From Octopus bimaculoides (lineage: Eukaryota): a stretch of DNA of 48,112 nucleotides. The translations under genes and the position numbers were made by a program. The notes beneath the pieces are model-generated. The model saw nothing but the letters and a program-made list of their open reading frames with translations. It was not told where the DNA came from and did not search any database. Below are positions 33,725 to 45,206 of the stretch, in pieces. The stretch lies in contig NC_068986.1 in assembly GCF_001194135.2 (NCBI RefSeq), positions 26,573,821-26,621,932 on the forward strand, read 5' to 3'. Numbering within the stretch: position 1 is the first letter of the stretch; each line of letters begins with the position of its first letter.

Positions 33725-34146
33725 GAGGTGACTGTATGGTAAGGGGTTTACTTCCCAACCACATAGATCTAGGTTCATAGTTCCACTGCGTGACACCAGG
33801 TCAATTGTATTCTACTTATAGCCTTGCGCCGACCAAAGCCTTGTGGGTGAATCTGGTGGAAGGGAACTGAAAGAAGCCTGTTGAATATATATATGTGTGT
33901 GCGTGTGCGTGCCTGTGTGTGAGTGTGTGTGAGTGTGCGTGTGTCTTTGTGTGTGCATCTGTGTCTGTGTTTGTTCCCCGCCATCCGCGTGACAATCGGT
34001 GTCGATGCGTTTACGTCCCCGTAACCTAGCAGTTCGGCAAAGAGACCGATAGAATAAGTACCAGGATCCAGAAATTCTTCAAGGCGGTGCCCCGGCATGG
34101 CCGCAGTCTAATGGCTGAAACAAGTAAAAGATGAAAGATAAAAGAT
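33725..34146 (+). mobile_element. SINE family A, full length
   Basis: Head, internal (GT)n and tail ggcggtgccccggcatggccgcagtctaatggctgaaacaagtaaaag. Confidence 0.92.
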
Positions 34147-34249
34147 GTCACGATTTCTGTATCAACGATGATTATCAGAAAATCCTTGTACCTGGAGTTT
34201 TGGAAACCTATTCATCAAAATTAATAACAAGAGTGAGATTAATTACCAA

Positions 34250-34286
<37 letters not shown>

Positions 34287-34325
34287 TAATAATAATGGCC
34301 TTCGAATATTTCCTTTAAAAATATA

Positions 34326-34630
34326 GACGGCGTGTGGCCTAGTGGATAATTGTAAGGTCGTCGGTTCCATTCCTGGATCGGGCGGTGCGTTATATAGTCT
34401 TAAACAAGGTACTTCGTTTCATGTAACTCCAGCTAAGTCAGCTTTAAATAAATACCATATAGCTCGCACTCCTTCCAACTGTCACATCCTCGATGCTCCA
34501 TTGGGTTAAGAGCGGCTGGTTGAGGGAGTGTCTATGTGTGCACGCAACTACTTGGGCATCTAAAACAATTACCAAACGCGTCGCACATGGTACTGGGCAA
34601 TACTTGCTTGCAATTGACGGCTAAGCTTAA
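34326..34630 (+). mobile_element. SINE family D head and core (degenerate) with an unassigned tail
   Basis: ggcgtgtggcctagtgg...ggttccattcctggatcgggcggtgcgtt...acttcgtttcatgtaactccag. The tail extent is uncertain. Confidence 0.55.
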
Positions 34631-34762
34631 TATTAAGTGGTTTTTAAACCGTCAAAAGTTAATGATATCAATTCGACAGGATATAGCAAGATAGATACCA
34701 AAATAATTTCAATAGAGAAGAGGCGCAAATATTTTATTATAACTAATTTTCTTATTTCATAG

Positions 34763-35044
34763 ACTCTTCCGGTTGATCCAATCAACGGAACAGCCTGCCC
34801 GTAAAATTAACGAGCAAGTGGTTGAGCACTCTACGGATACGCGAACCTGCCCTTCGCGTAGTTCTCAGAGAATGCGACAAGGCTGGCCGTTTAAAATACA
34901 GGTACAACTCATTTTTGCCCGCTGAGTGGACTGGAGCAACGTGAAATAAAGCGACTTGCTGAAGGATACACCGCACCACCGGGTTTCGAACCTACGACCT
35001 CACGATCGTGAGCCGAATACCCTCACTACGTAGCCACGCGCCTT

Positions 35045-35045
<1 letters not shown>
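34763..35045 (-). mobile_element. Chimeric SINE: family D head and core joined to a family C tail
   Basis: 34905-35045 matches the D copy at 11790-11930. 34763-34905 matches the C tail (gttgatccaatcaacggaacagcctgc...gacaaggctggcc). Confidence 0.88.
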
Positions 35046-35112
<67 letters not shown>

Positions 35113-35880
35113 NNNNNNNNNNNNNNNNNNNNNNNNNNNNNNNNNNNNNNNNNNNNNNNNNNNNNNNNNNNNNNNNNNNNNNNNNNNNNNNNNNNNNNNN
35201 NNNNNNNNNNNNNNNNNNNNNNNNNNNNNNNNNNNNNNNNNNNNNNNNNNNNNNNNNNNNNNNNNNNNNNNNNNNNNNNNNNNNNNNNNNNNNNNNNNNN
35301 NNNNNNNNNNNNNNNNNNNNNNNNNNNNNNNNNNNNNNNNNNNNNNNNNNNNNNNNNNNNNNNNNNNNNNNNNNNNNNNNNNNNNNNNNNNNNNNNNNNN
35401 NNNNNNNNNNNNNNNNNNNNNNNNNNNNNNNNNNNNNNNNNNNNNNNNNNNNNNNNNNNNNNNNNNNNNNNNNNNNNNNNNNNNNNNNNNNNNNNNNNNN
35501 NNNNNNNNNNNNNNNNNNNNNNNNNNNNNNNNNNNNNNNNNNNNNNNNNNNNNNNNNNNNNNNNNNNNNNNNNNNNNNNNNNNNNNNNNNNNNNNNNNNN
35601 NNNNNNNNNNNNNNNNNNTATACTACTTACATACTACCTGTTACAACACGTCGTTGTGCTCCCCTCAACCATAACCTGTCAGCCACTGCTTGTTAGTCTC
35701 ACCAAATATGCAAAGTGGAAAAGTGAAGGACATGAATAATTCATAGGGCTTCAGTATTTTGTAATACAAGTGCAGTTACTTGTCATAAATGAGGTAATAA
35801 AAGACAACTTAGTCTGTCTCCATTGAAAAGAGCCGATTATATTTAGAGGAACTTTGCTATGTTTGCGTTTTGAGGTTTTA

Positions 35881-36163
35881 GTGCGTGCGTGCGTGTGTGA
35901 GGCGTGTGTGTGTGTGTGTGTGTGTGTGACGTGTGTGTGTGAGGCGTGTGTGTGTGACGTGTGTGCGTGTTTGTGTGCATGTAAATGTATGTGTGTGCAT
36001 GTACATGTATGTGTGTGCATGCACGAACATTTGTAAATGTAAATGAGTATTTATAAATGCACATATGTATATAAAAATGCATATTTGCGCGCGCGCGTGT
36101 ATGCATACATATATGCATATATCTGCATATATGTGTGTGTGTGTGTGTGTGTGTATGTGTGTA

Positions 36164-36209
<46 letters not shown>

Positions 36210-36235
36210 TATACATACATATACATGATATGTAT
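35881..36235. repeat. Compound (GT)n/(AT)n microsatellite field
   Basis: Direct reading. Confidence 0.95.
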
Positions 36236-36281
36236 ATATATTATATTTACAGTTAATATTAAGATGTATATATAATGCTAG

Positions 36282-37297
36282 TTATCTGCGCCTTAGCGAC
36301 GGCGGAAGTATTGTTTTCAGTCGTGTTTCCATGCTTGTTTGTTTGTCCGTGAACATGATATCTCCAGAACCGCTGGATGGATTCGGATGAAACTTTCAGT
36401 GATGTTTGGCCTTGTGACTGGCACAAACTGATTAGATTTTAAGATTGATCTGGTACCGGACAAGGATTCTAGATTATTTGTTATATTTACTTTACATGAA
36501 GTATTACGATTTTACGTTGACTTTCAAGTCTTTCTCTGATTATCTCCCTAGAAAGCACGCTCACGGTTTCCACGTAAGTTATGGCGGCGTTGCTGTTTCC
36601 AAAGTTCTTTTTTCGCTTCTCTATTATTAATTTTACTTGCGTCTCTATCTTAGTTGAAACTGATGGATAAAGAAATCAAACTACATAAACAAACGGCAGC
36701 AAAACCGTTCAGAGATCAAATAACACTAACATATTCAGTAACAATAATAAATTTAATTTATCCTCAACAATTTTTAGTTTTAACAATTTTGAATATATTG
36801 CACCTGTTTAAAACCTCTTACCTACTTGACAATTGCATTTCTGGCTCTACCTTGAAGGAAGCTTTACTTCTTGGACTCACGTTTTAGTGCGCAACGATGT
36901 TGTTAAACCTCCGTTAGCAGCATCGTATTCTTTCACATACGGATAAATTTTTCACTATAGACCTTAATGGTCGTAAAGATACTATATCAGTGGATAGACT
37001 TAAAAAGGCCTTCATAGAGAAAACTATCTCTGTTCCCACTGCAGACGACACGCACACAGCATTATAAACACGGCCCGCACACCCTCCTTCACATTCCGTG
37101 ACAAGGATTCTGGATTATTTTTCTATATTTTTTTACTTAATTTTTAAGAGCGGTCAGGTTCGTTTTTAGTGTTCTCGTTTGTGAGAGCAATCGAGTTTAT
37201 TTCAGATATTCTCATTTTAAAAATCATCTCCGGCTAATCATTGAGAGGACGTTGGTGTTACCTTGGCGGAGGTTTGCGCTCTCTGAGTGCTCTCGTT
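36282..37297 (+). mobile_element. Non-autonomous Helentron-type (DINE-1/HINE-like) element
   Basis: 5' ttatctgcgcc with a nearby inverted ggcggaagt, a short (GTTT) microsatellite and a gatatctccagaacc core. 3' subterminal ggcggaggt, then a gcgctc-tct-gagtgc hairpin and a terminal tt. A second copy of the 3' end lies at 4060-4163. Confidence 0.75.
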
Positions 37298-37400
37298 ATG
37301 TTTATCTTCAGAAGAAAGGGAATCCGGTACATGATTAGTGTGTAGACAGCCTTGAGACTCTTAACAGGAATGAAACTGTGAAGTATTATGCCTTAAATAC

Positions 37401-37402
<2 letters not shown>

Positions 37403-37466
<64 letters not shown>

Positions 37467-37468
37467 TC

Positions 37469-37500
<32 letters not shown>

Positions 37501-37570
37501 TCCTCCATCTCTCTCGATCTATCTATCTGTCTGTGTGTCTGTCTGTCTGTCTATTTATCTATCCATCTAT
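37403..37570. repeat. (CT)n with (TCTA)/(TCTG) microsatellites
   Basis: Direct reading. Confidence 0.95.
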
Positions 37571-37861
37571 CCAACCATATATGTATGCGTGTGAGTATGT
37601 TACTAACAGATAAGGAAATAGATGTGTGTGCGTGCGTTTAAACCTGTCATATCAACACCAGTGTTCATTTCAGCCCAGTCTGAAGGTACCTAGCAATTCG
37701 ATGAATAAGGATTGATAAAATTAAGTTTTTTTTTTTTTTTCTGACATTAAATGAACAGAGTTTGACATACCAATTTACACACACACACACACACACCTCG
37801 CATTTACTTTACAACTAAAAGAATCTGCAATTAACTACTCGCTTTATTATATATATAAGTC

Positions 37862-38033
37862 CAGTCACGGACAACCTATGGACAATCTTTCTTGGAGAAG
37901 CGGGCCGATAGAGATATGACTCATCACCAGGCAGACCATACTACTAAAATATAAGATAAAAAAAAAAAATGGGGAATTTTTCATTAGGCGTACCATTCAG
38001 AATGTCATACGGGCCGCGGTTTGCCCATTACAG
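37862..38033 (+). mobile_element. hAT-like MITE, degenerate
   Basis: Termini cagtcacggacaacc and gggccgcggtttgcccattacag. Homologous to the split copy at 9863-10713. No TSD is visible. Confidence 0.55.
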
Positions 38034-38499
38034 TTTTCGATACACTTATTGTTATCATCACTTTGTATCTGGGTACGAAAATGTACGTGACTATTGTCTG
38101 TATGTACATGCAAGAAGAGGCGGGGTGAGTCTATGTCAGTTTGCGTATAAATAAATGAATGTGATTGCGGCAGCTATTTGCTTGTGCGTTTGTATGAGAC
38201 TAGTGCAGTGCGAGTCGGCTTGTGTGTGTCTGTGTCTTGTCTGTGCGTGTGTGAGTGCATGCGCGCGCACGCGTGTGTGTGATACTTAGGATTCTCATTA
38301 CCGATCTGTTCATGGGATTTTTTATTGACAATCATACTTCATTTGGGGACTAAAAGAAAGATAATCAATGTGAACAAAAGAATCCACATCAAATGATGAC
38401 TTGATATGAATGCAACTCGGCTGAAATCAATTAAACAAAAACCTATTACAACAGATAAGAAAACAAAGGCCAGATCAAACTTCCAATTTATTTCATTAC

Positions 38500-38502
38500 A
38501 AA

Positions 38503-38533
<31 letters not shown>

Positions 38534-38571
38534 TCAACCACCGTCACCACCTCTATTACTGCTGCTGCTAC

Positions 38572-38606
<35 letters not shown>

Positions 38607-38767
38607 CTACTACTACTACTACCACCATCAACCACCGCCACCGCCACCAACATTACTACTACTGCTGCTTTTGCTACTACTACTACTACTACTACTACTA
38701 CCATCAACTACTGCCGTCAACACTACTACTACTACTACTGCTGTTTCTGCTGCTACTACCACTACCA

Positions 38768-38817
<50 letters not shown>

Positions 38818-38870
38818 GCTGTGAGTAACCACTGCCACCACCATTACTACTATTACTACTGCCAATAATA
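38500..38870. repeat. Long compound (ACT)n/(GCT)n/(ACC)n trinucleotide tract
   Basis: Direct reading. Confidence 0.96.
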
Positions 38871-38873
38871 ATA

Positions 38874-39091
38874 TTCCTTTTAACTATACGCACAAGGCCT
38901 GAAATTCGGGGGTTAGAGGGGTTAAAACGATTATATCAAATCCGTGCTTAACTGGTACTTATTTTATCGACCCCGAAAAGATAAAAGGCAAAGTTGACCT
39001 CGACGGGTTTTGAGCGCAAAACGTAAAGAGGCGGATGATATGCCGCTAAGCATTTTGTCCAACGCAGTAACAATTCTGTCAGCTCACCATC

Positions 39092-39092
<1 letters not shown>
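38874..39092 (-). mobile_element. SINE family B
   Basis: Family B core and head. The head abuts the (AAT)n tract at 39093-39136. Confidence 0.9.
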
Positions 39093-39136
<44 letters not shown>

Positions 39137-39921
39137 GAGAAAAAAAGATGGTTGTGGATGACTAAAAGTGATTTAAAACCGGAAACGGAGGCTCTAATTT
39201 GTGCTGCCCAAGAGCAAGCACTAAGAACAAACTACATAAAATACAGAATAGACAACACATCAGAAAGTGATAAGTGCAGAATCTGTGGACAAAACGGTGA
39301 AACTGTATGGCATATTACCACCCAAGGTACGCCACTAGCCCAGAAGAAATATAAGAGATGCCACGACAATATAGTCAAGCTTGTTCATTGGACACTTTGC
39401 AACAAGTTTGGACTTGACAGAGCAAAAAATTAGTACGGTCACAAACCTGCAGGCATCGTCGAAAATAGAAATACAAAGATCTTATGGGATTTTATGATTC
39501 AGTGCGACCATGAGATAGAGAATAGGAAGCCAGACATAGTCTTAATTGAGAAAGAAAACAAACTATGCTGGATCATAGATATAGCACGCCCAACTGACAA
39601 CAAGGTATGCGATAAGGAAGAAAGAAAAGTCGAGAGATATGACAGGTTAGCTTGGGAAGTTAAGCAGTTGTGGTCGATGAAAAAGGTAGCAGTAGTACCA
39701 ATAATTGTCGGAACCCTGTGAACAGTGAGCAAAAGTCTCGAGAAGTACGTGGAACGAATAGGGGCTGCAATAAGGGTGGAGCACTTGCAGAAAACAGCAC
39801 TGCTTGGAATCGCTCGAAAAATAAGANNNNNNNNNNNNNNNNNNNNNNNNNNNNNNNNNNNNNNNNNNNNNNNNNNNNNNNNNNNNNNNNNNATCTCTAG
39901 CGTTAGAAGCTGTGCAAAGGC
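39137..39921 (+). mobile_element. R4/Dong-type retrotransposon 3' fragment (subfamily 3)
   Basis: WMTKSDLKPETEALICAAQEQALRTN, CRICGQNGETVWHI, KPDIVLIEK..IIDIARP..KVERY, VEHLQKTALLG. Contains stops and a 66-N gap. (AAT)n on both sides. Confidence 0.95.
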
Positions 39922-39954
<33 letters not shown>

Positions 39955-39955
<1 letters not shown>

Positions 39956-40144
39956 GTTTCAAATTTTGCCACAAGGGCGGCCATTTTAAGGGAGGGGATG
40001 AGTCGATTACGTGAACAGCAGTGTTTCACTGGTACTTAATTCATAGACCACGAAAGGATGAAAGGCAAAGTCGACCTCAGCGGAATTTGAACTCAGAACG
40101 AAATACCAAAATACCGCTAAGCATTTCGTCCTGCTTGCCGCCTT
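39955..40144 (-). mobile_element. SINE family B, internally deleted
   Basis: Family B core. The tail abuts the (AAT)n tract at 39922-39954. Confidence 0.88.
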
Positions 40145-40500
40145 AAAAGGTTTAAAAATTTTGACTCACGACCAGCTGTTTTCATGTGAAAGGTGAGTCG
40201 ATTATATTGACCCCCGTACTTGTGTACTTTATTTTATCGATTTTGAAAGACGAAACGCGAAGTCGACCTTGGCAAAATTTCATCATACATTGTAAAAGAC
40301 CTTAACTAAATAGTGCCAGGACTTTAGCATATTATTAAATGGACGAAAGATACACTGGAGCGATCCCTAATTGCCTCTTTCAAGTCCATGGCACGGTTTT
40401 AGCTCAGCACTAAAAGCAAATAATACACGCGTCACTTACGCTAGAACACTAGTCTCAATAAGGATGCGTCACAATTTGGTTTCCCAGTGACATCTCATTT

Positions 40501-40737
40501 ATTTCTTTATTGCCTACAGGGGGTGGGGCTAAATATAGAGGTGACAAACAAGGACAGACAAAGGGATTAAGTCGATTACATCGACCCCAGTGAGTAACTG
40601 GTACTTATTTAATCGACCCCGAAAGAATGAAAGGCAAAGTCGACCTCGGCGGAATTTGAACTCAGAGCGTAACAGCAGACGAAATACCGCTTAGCATTTC
40701 GACCAGCGTGCAAACGTTTCTGCCAGCTCGCCGCCCT
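40501..40737 (-). mobile_element. SINE family B, full length, 15-bp TSD
   Basis: agtgacatctcattt (40486-40500) and agtggcatctcattt (40738-40752). Confidence 0.95.
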
Positions 40738-40888
40738 AGTGGCATCTCATTTGTCTCTTACTTATNNNNNNNNNNNNNNNNNNNNNNNNNNNNNNNNNNN
40801 NNNNNNNNNNNNNNNNNNNNNNNNNNNNNNNNNNNNNNNNNNNNNNNNNNNNNNNNNNNNNNNNNNNNNNNNNNNNNNNNNNNNNNNN

Positions 40889-40930
<42 letters not shown>

Positions 40931-40955
40931 CAATGAATGTATTATTAGTGTTTCC

Positions 40956-41236
40956 GGTAAATTTTTAGATTAACACCTGCACGATTTTCACTAGGGTGTT
41001 AGGGTTAGAGTTTTAGGGTCAGGGTTAGGGTTTTAGGGTTAGGGTTAGGGTTTAGGGTTACGGTTAGAGTTTTAGGGTTAGGGTTAGGACTAGGGACGGA
41101 ATTCCCTAACCCTAACCCTAAAACCCTAACCCTAACCCTAAAGCCCTAACCCTAACCCTAACCCTAAAACTAAACCTAAAATCCTAACCCTAACACCCTA
41201 GTGAAAATCTTGCGGGTGTTAATCTGAAAATTTACC
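40956..41236. mobile_element. Palindromic MITE with GG...CC termini, 8-bp TSD and internal head-to-head telomeric arrays (Merlin- or MuDR-like)
   Basis: Perfect gtgtttcc direct repeats at 40948-40955 and 41237-41244. About 35-bp unique TIRs with 3 mismatches continue into (TTAGGG)-like and (CCCTAA)-like arrays. Confidence 0.88.
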
Positions 41237-41677
41237 GTGTTTCCTATATATTGAGGTAAGAATTTTGGACAAGTGGGTACACGTTAAGGAAAAATGTGCC
41301 TAACGTTCCTATGAGACGCTGCTGAGACGGTGTTTATAGAAAAATGTTCCCTCAGATAAAAAAAATAAATAAATAACACAGCAGCATATCTTTCTACGGT
41401 GTATTCTTCTATATGTTTCAACCCCAAGGCTGTGGCCATTTTGGGGTACTATATATTTAGTATTTATACACAGATGGTTTTATATACATACTTGCATACC
41501 CGTGCCATTAAAAATGCCAACAACTTTATTAATGATACAAAATGGCGCATCAACACAATGGTAGACTACAGCATGCATGGGATCACAAATTTCACAACTT
41601 GCGAAGTAAATACAGCGATGTCACACGGCGCCCTAGCTCAAAAAGGTCACTACTAGTTCTCACTGAGCAGGCAACCG

Positions 41678-41738
41678 TGTGCTGCCATCTGTTGGCGCAC
41701 TACAGAACTCGTCCGGGAACTTTTGATACCATGTCATA
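41678..41738 (-). mobile_element. Tc1/mariner-like terminal fragment
   Basis: The - strand ta...ggtatcaaaagttcccggacgagttctgtagtgcgccaacagatggcagcac resembles mariner 5' termini (from recollection). No second end was found. Confidence 0.5.
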
Positions 41739-41744
41739 GACAGA

Positions 41745-42031
41745 TATAAGTATATGAAAGAAAGGAGAGAGAGGGGTCGAGAGAGAGGGGGAGAGAGAGG
41801 GGGAGAGAGAGAGGGAGANNNNNNNNNNNNNNNNNNNNNNNNNNNNNNNNNNNNNNNNNNNNNNNNNNNNNNNNNNNNNNNNGGGAGAGAGAGGGGGAGA
41901 GAGAGGGGGGAGAGAGAGAGAGAGAGAAATAGAAACGAGGAAGGCAGACAGACAGAAAGAAAGAAAGAAAGAAAGAAAGAGAGGAAAGAATTAAAAATGA
42001 GTGAGAAAGGGACAGAGACAGACAGACAGAC

Positions 42032-42075
<44 letters not shown>
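41745..42075. repeat. Purine-rich (AG)n/(AAAG)n/(AGAC)n tract with a gap
   Basis: Direct reading. Confidence 0.93.
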
Positions 42076-42084
<9 letters not shown>

Positions 42085-42968
42085 GAAACAAACAGAAATA
42101 AACAGAAATATTGATAGAGATAGAGTGAGAGGGGGTGGAAGAAAAGAGAGAGAAACGAGAGAGAGGGGTAACATAAAACAAGCACTACTAGTCTGTCAAC
42201 AGGGATAAATAATGAAAAAGACTTGCAAAAATATACATAAAATAAAATGAGTGGATTTGTTTGCGTGTGCTTGCGCATAAACTCAGAACGAAATGAATTG
42301 GTTATAAATATATATCTTCCCTTGAAGAACATTTTTACATCGTAAAATTTGTTTTCGCCACGAGCTAAGTATTTAAAAAAGAAACCGGAAATATATTTCT
42401 GCCGAGTGGCTATCCAGATAACAGAATGTCCAGTGTTCATCAAATAATAAATCCGATGGTCTGAGGTAGGACGTTGCTTTTGTTACACATTACATTAGCA
42501 ACAAAGCGGTTTCCGCCTTTTCTGCTTCATTAGGTTAAACGTTACCAGATTGTACAAATGTTCTCCTTGCAAAATGAGCCAGATCACTTCTTCGATTAAC
42601 TATAAACAGTTTGTGGTTAAACTGGAGAGATCCCAGTTGGTGAGAAGCTAAAAAAAGGCGTAACTATTAGTTGTATACAAAATATAGCAAGTCATTGTCA
42701 GATTTTGTTAGAATTAATGCCCCTATAGAGAAAAAGAATTAATGCGAAAAAAATACTGAGTTTCATGTAGGCTAGTACAGCTAGCTCGCTCTATTTCTCC
42801 TTAAATCTTTCTGTATCATCTAAGCTATGTCTCTCTGTTCCCTCCTCTCTCTCTCTGCCTTTCTTTTTTCTCTCCCCTTCTTTCTAACTCTTTCATACAT
42901 ACGCAAACACACGCATTCACACATTATTGTTCCCATCCGTCTCCCTGGCGGCAAATAAAAGAAATCAC

Positions 42969-43006
<38 letters not shown>

Positions 43007-43142
43007 CCACCATCATCATCATTAATACCAGGTTTTTATCCCGCGTTACACTTCCGGTAAAAATATTTCTTAATCATGCACGTACTTTCTTTTAATAGTA
43101 GACTGTTATACAGTGAAAGTTGTTTTTTGTTTTTTTTTTAAA

Positions 43143-43325
43143 GTAGCTGTGTGATAAGAAGCTTGCTTCCCAAGCACATGGTTCCGGGTTCAGTCCCATT
43201 GCGTGGCACTTTGAGCAAGTGTCTTCTACTACAGTCTCAGGCTAGCCAAAGCCTTGTGAGTGGATTTGGTAGACGGAAATTGAAAGAAGTCCGTCGTGTG
43301 TGTGCGTGTATACATATACATATAC

Positions 43326-43395
<70 letters not shown>

Positions 43396-43605
43396 ATTTA
43401 TGTATGTGTGTTTGCCCCCCCCCCCACCATCGCTTGACAATCGATGTTGGGATGTTTACGTCCCAGTAACATAGCAGCTTGGCATAAGAAACCGATAGAA
43501 TAAGTACTTGGCTTACAAAGAATAAGTCCTGGGGTCGATTTGTTCGACACTAAATGCGGTGCTCCAGCATGGCCGCAGTCACATGACTGAAACCCGCAAA
43601 AGAGT
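43143..43605 (+). mobile_element. SINE family A, full length
   Basis: Head, internal (AT)(GT) tract and tail stem-loop cagtc-acat-gactg. Confidence 0.95.
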
Positions 43606-43665
43606 ATGTGTTTCTGTATGTCTCTAAAGACATACGGAAACAGTTTCCTCATCAAAAGCTTGATG

Positions 43666-43811
43666 GATAGCTTGCTTACCAACCACATGGTTCCGGGTTC
43701 AGTCCCACTGCGTGGCACCTTGGGCAAGTGTCTCCTACTATAGCCTCGGACCGACCAAAGCCTTGTGAGTGGATTTGGTAGACGGAAACTGAAAGAAGCT
43801 CCTCGTATATT

Positions 43812-43887
<76 letters not shown>

Positions 43888-43895
43888 TCCCCCCA
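43666..43895 (+). mobile_element. SINE family A, 5' half ending just after (GT)n
   Basis: tagcttgcttaccaaccacatggttccgggttcagtccc...gtgtttgtccccc. Confidence 0.93.
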
Positions 43896-44418
43896 GGAAG
43901 GAAGGAAGGGAGGAAGATCAGAAAAATGAGAAGAGGGCCAAGAGAAAAACACACATGAATAACTTCACATGTTCGATCTCTGACTAACGGGAAGTGTGGG
44001 GAGTAATTTATGTGTGTATGTGTGTATACTAATATAGATACACACACATACTATATAGATGTGTACGACAATAACTGCATCATATCAACAGAATCTGGAA
44101 TATTACATCATTTTCATTATGGCAGTATTGTTGATTCTTCAAAGTTGAATGAATGACTGGACATAGCTAGAAAAATGTAATAGAAGTATAGCAAATAGTT
44201 TAACATTGCCGATCCTTCCTGGCATAAATCGTAAATCTGACCAATACCTGAGTCGAGTTTTCTAAGTTTGACAATAAAGATACGTTGAAAAATGAGTAAA
44301 TATAAATGTCAATACAGATATGCCAATGCACGCGTGCGCGTGTGTATGAGTGTGAGTGAGTGTATGTGAGTGAGTGAGTGAGTGAGTGAGTGAGTGAGTG
44401 AGTGAATGAGCGAGTGTA

Positions 44419-44454
<36 letters not shown>

Positions 44455-44653
44455 GATGTTAGTGTATGTGTATATTTATTAATGATTTTATGTCAAGTCA
44501 TAAATAAAAAACAATTAACAGCAAATTGAAGGAATACACAGTACTTGGAGTGAGGTAAATATTTATAAACTCTTACAGGTATTTCTCTTCATCAGCCTCG
44601 TGATGACGAGCAGCCAAAACTTCGAAGTCAGAGTCAACTTTTTCCTTGTAAAA

Positions 44654-44713
<60 letters not shown>

Positions 44714-44815
44714 AGTCTATGTGCTCCAAGTACACTTAGTTATTTTAAAAAACAAAAACAAAACATGTCAAATTAAGTGCATTGTAAAATGCAGGGTTAT
44801 ACAACCAGCAAAAGG

Positions 44816-44987
44816 TAATGGCGAACTTCTGCAGACTCTTTCGCTACAACTTTCTCTAACTCTTTCTTCCTGCATCTTGCAACTCACCTGAGATGGATCG
44901 GTGTCCCGTCCAGGTGGGGAACCTATCCGCCAAGGAAACCAAGAAACCGGCCCTTATGAGCCAGGCATGGCTCGAGAAGGAACAAAC
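44816..44987 (+). mobile_element. Chimeric SINE fragment: family C body joined to a V-like tail
   Basis: atggcgaacttctgcagactctttcgctacaactttctctaactctt matches the C body at 26930-26980. It is followed by cctgagatggatcggtgtcccgtccagg...gaaaccggcccttatgag. Confidence 0.7.
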
Positions 44988-45176
44988 ATATATTATACAC
45001 ATACACTTCAATTATATTCACATACACTTATGAGGATTTACTTTTTAAGAATGTATCTGAGAACCAGACTTGGGTCCATAATTAACGAAGCGGTGATATT
45101 TGCATACATATCTTAACAATTTATACATTTATAAAATCGCAATAACATCGAACGCTTTTCATGTCTTTTCCGCCAG

Positions 45177-45206
45177 ATTCCGCCATCATTGGATACTGAA
45201 GAATAG
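45177..45206 (+). other. Candidate 30-nt microexon (host gene unidentified)
   Basis: Pyrimidine-rich acceptor cgcttttcatgtcttttccgccAG, donor AG/GTGAGT and a possible branch site aataac near 45141-45146. One open phase-2 frame reads FRHHWILKN. Confidence 0.3.

Noticed and set aside
38406-38868. Poly-Leu/Thr/Tyr ORFs
   Set aside because: They are translations of trinucleotide microsatellites.
40992-41200. True telomere-telomere fusion site
   Set aside because: Symmetric unique arms and a perfect 8-bp TSD indicate a transposon insertion.
44575-44636. Hammerhead-like remnants (gtgatga...cttcgaagtcagag, and ctgatga on the - strand)
   Set aside because: Several core positions are missing, and there is no GAAA partner on the - strand.
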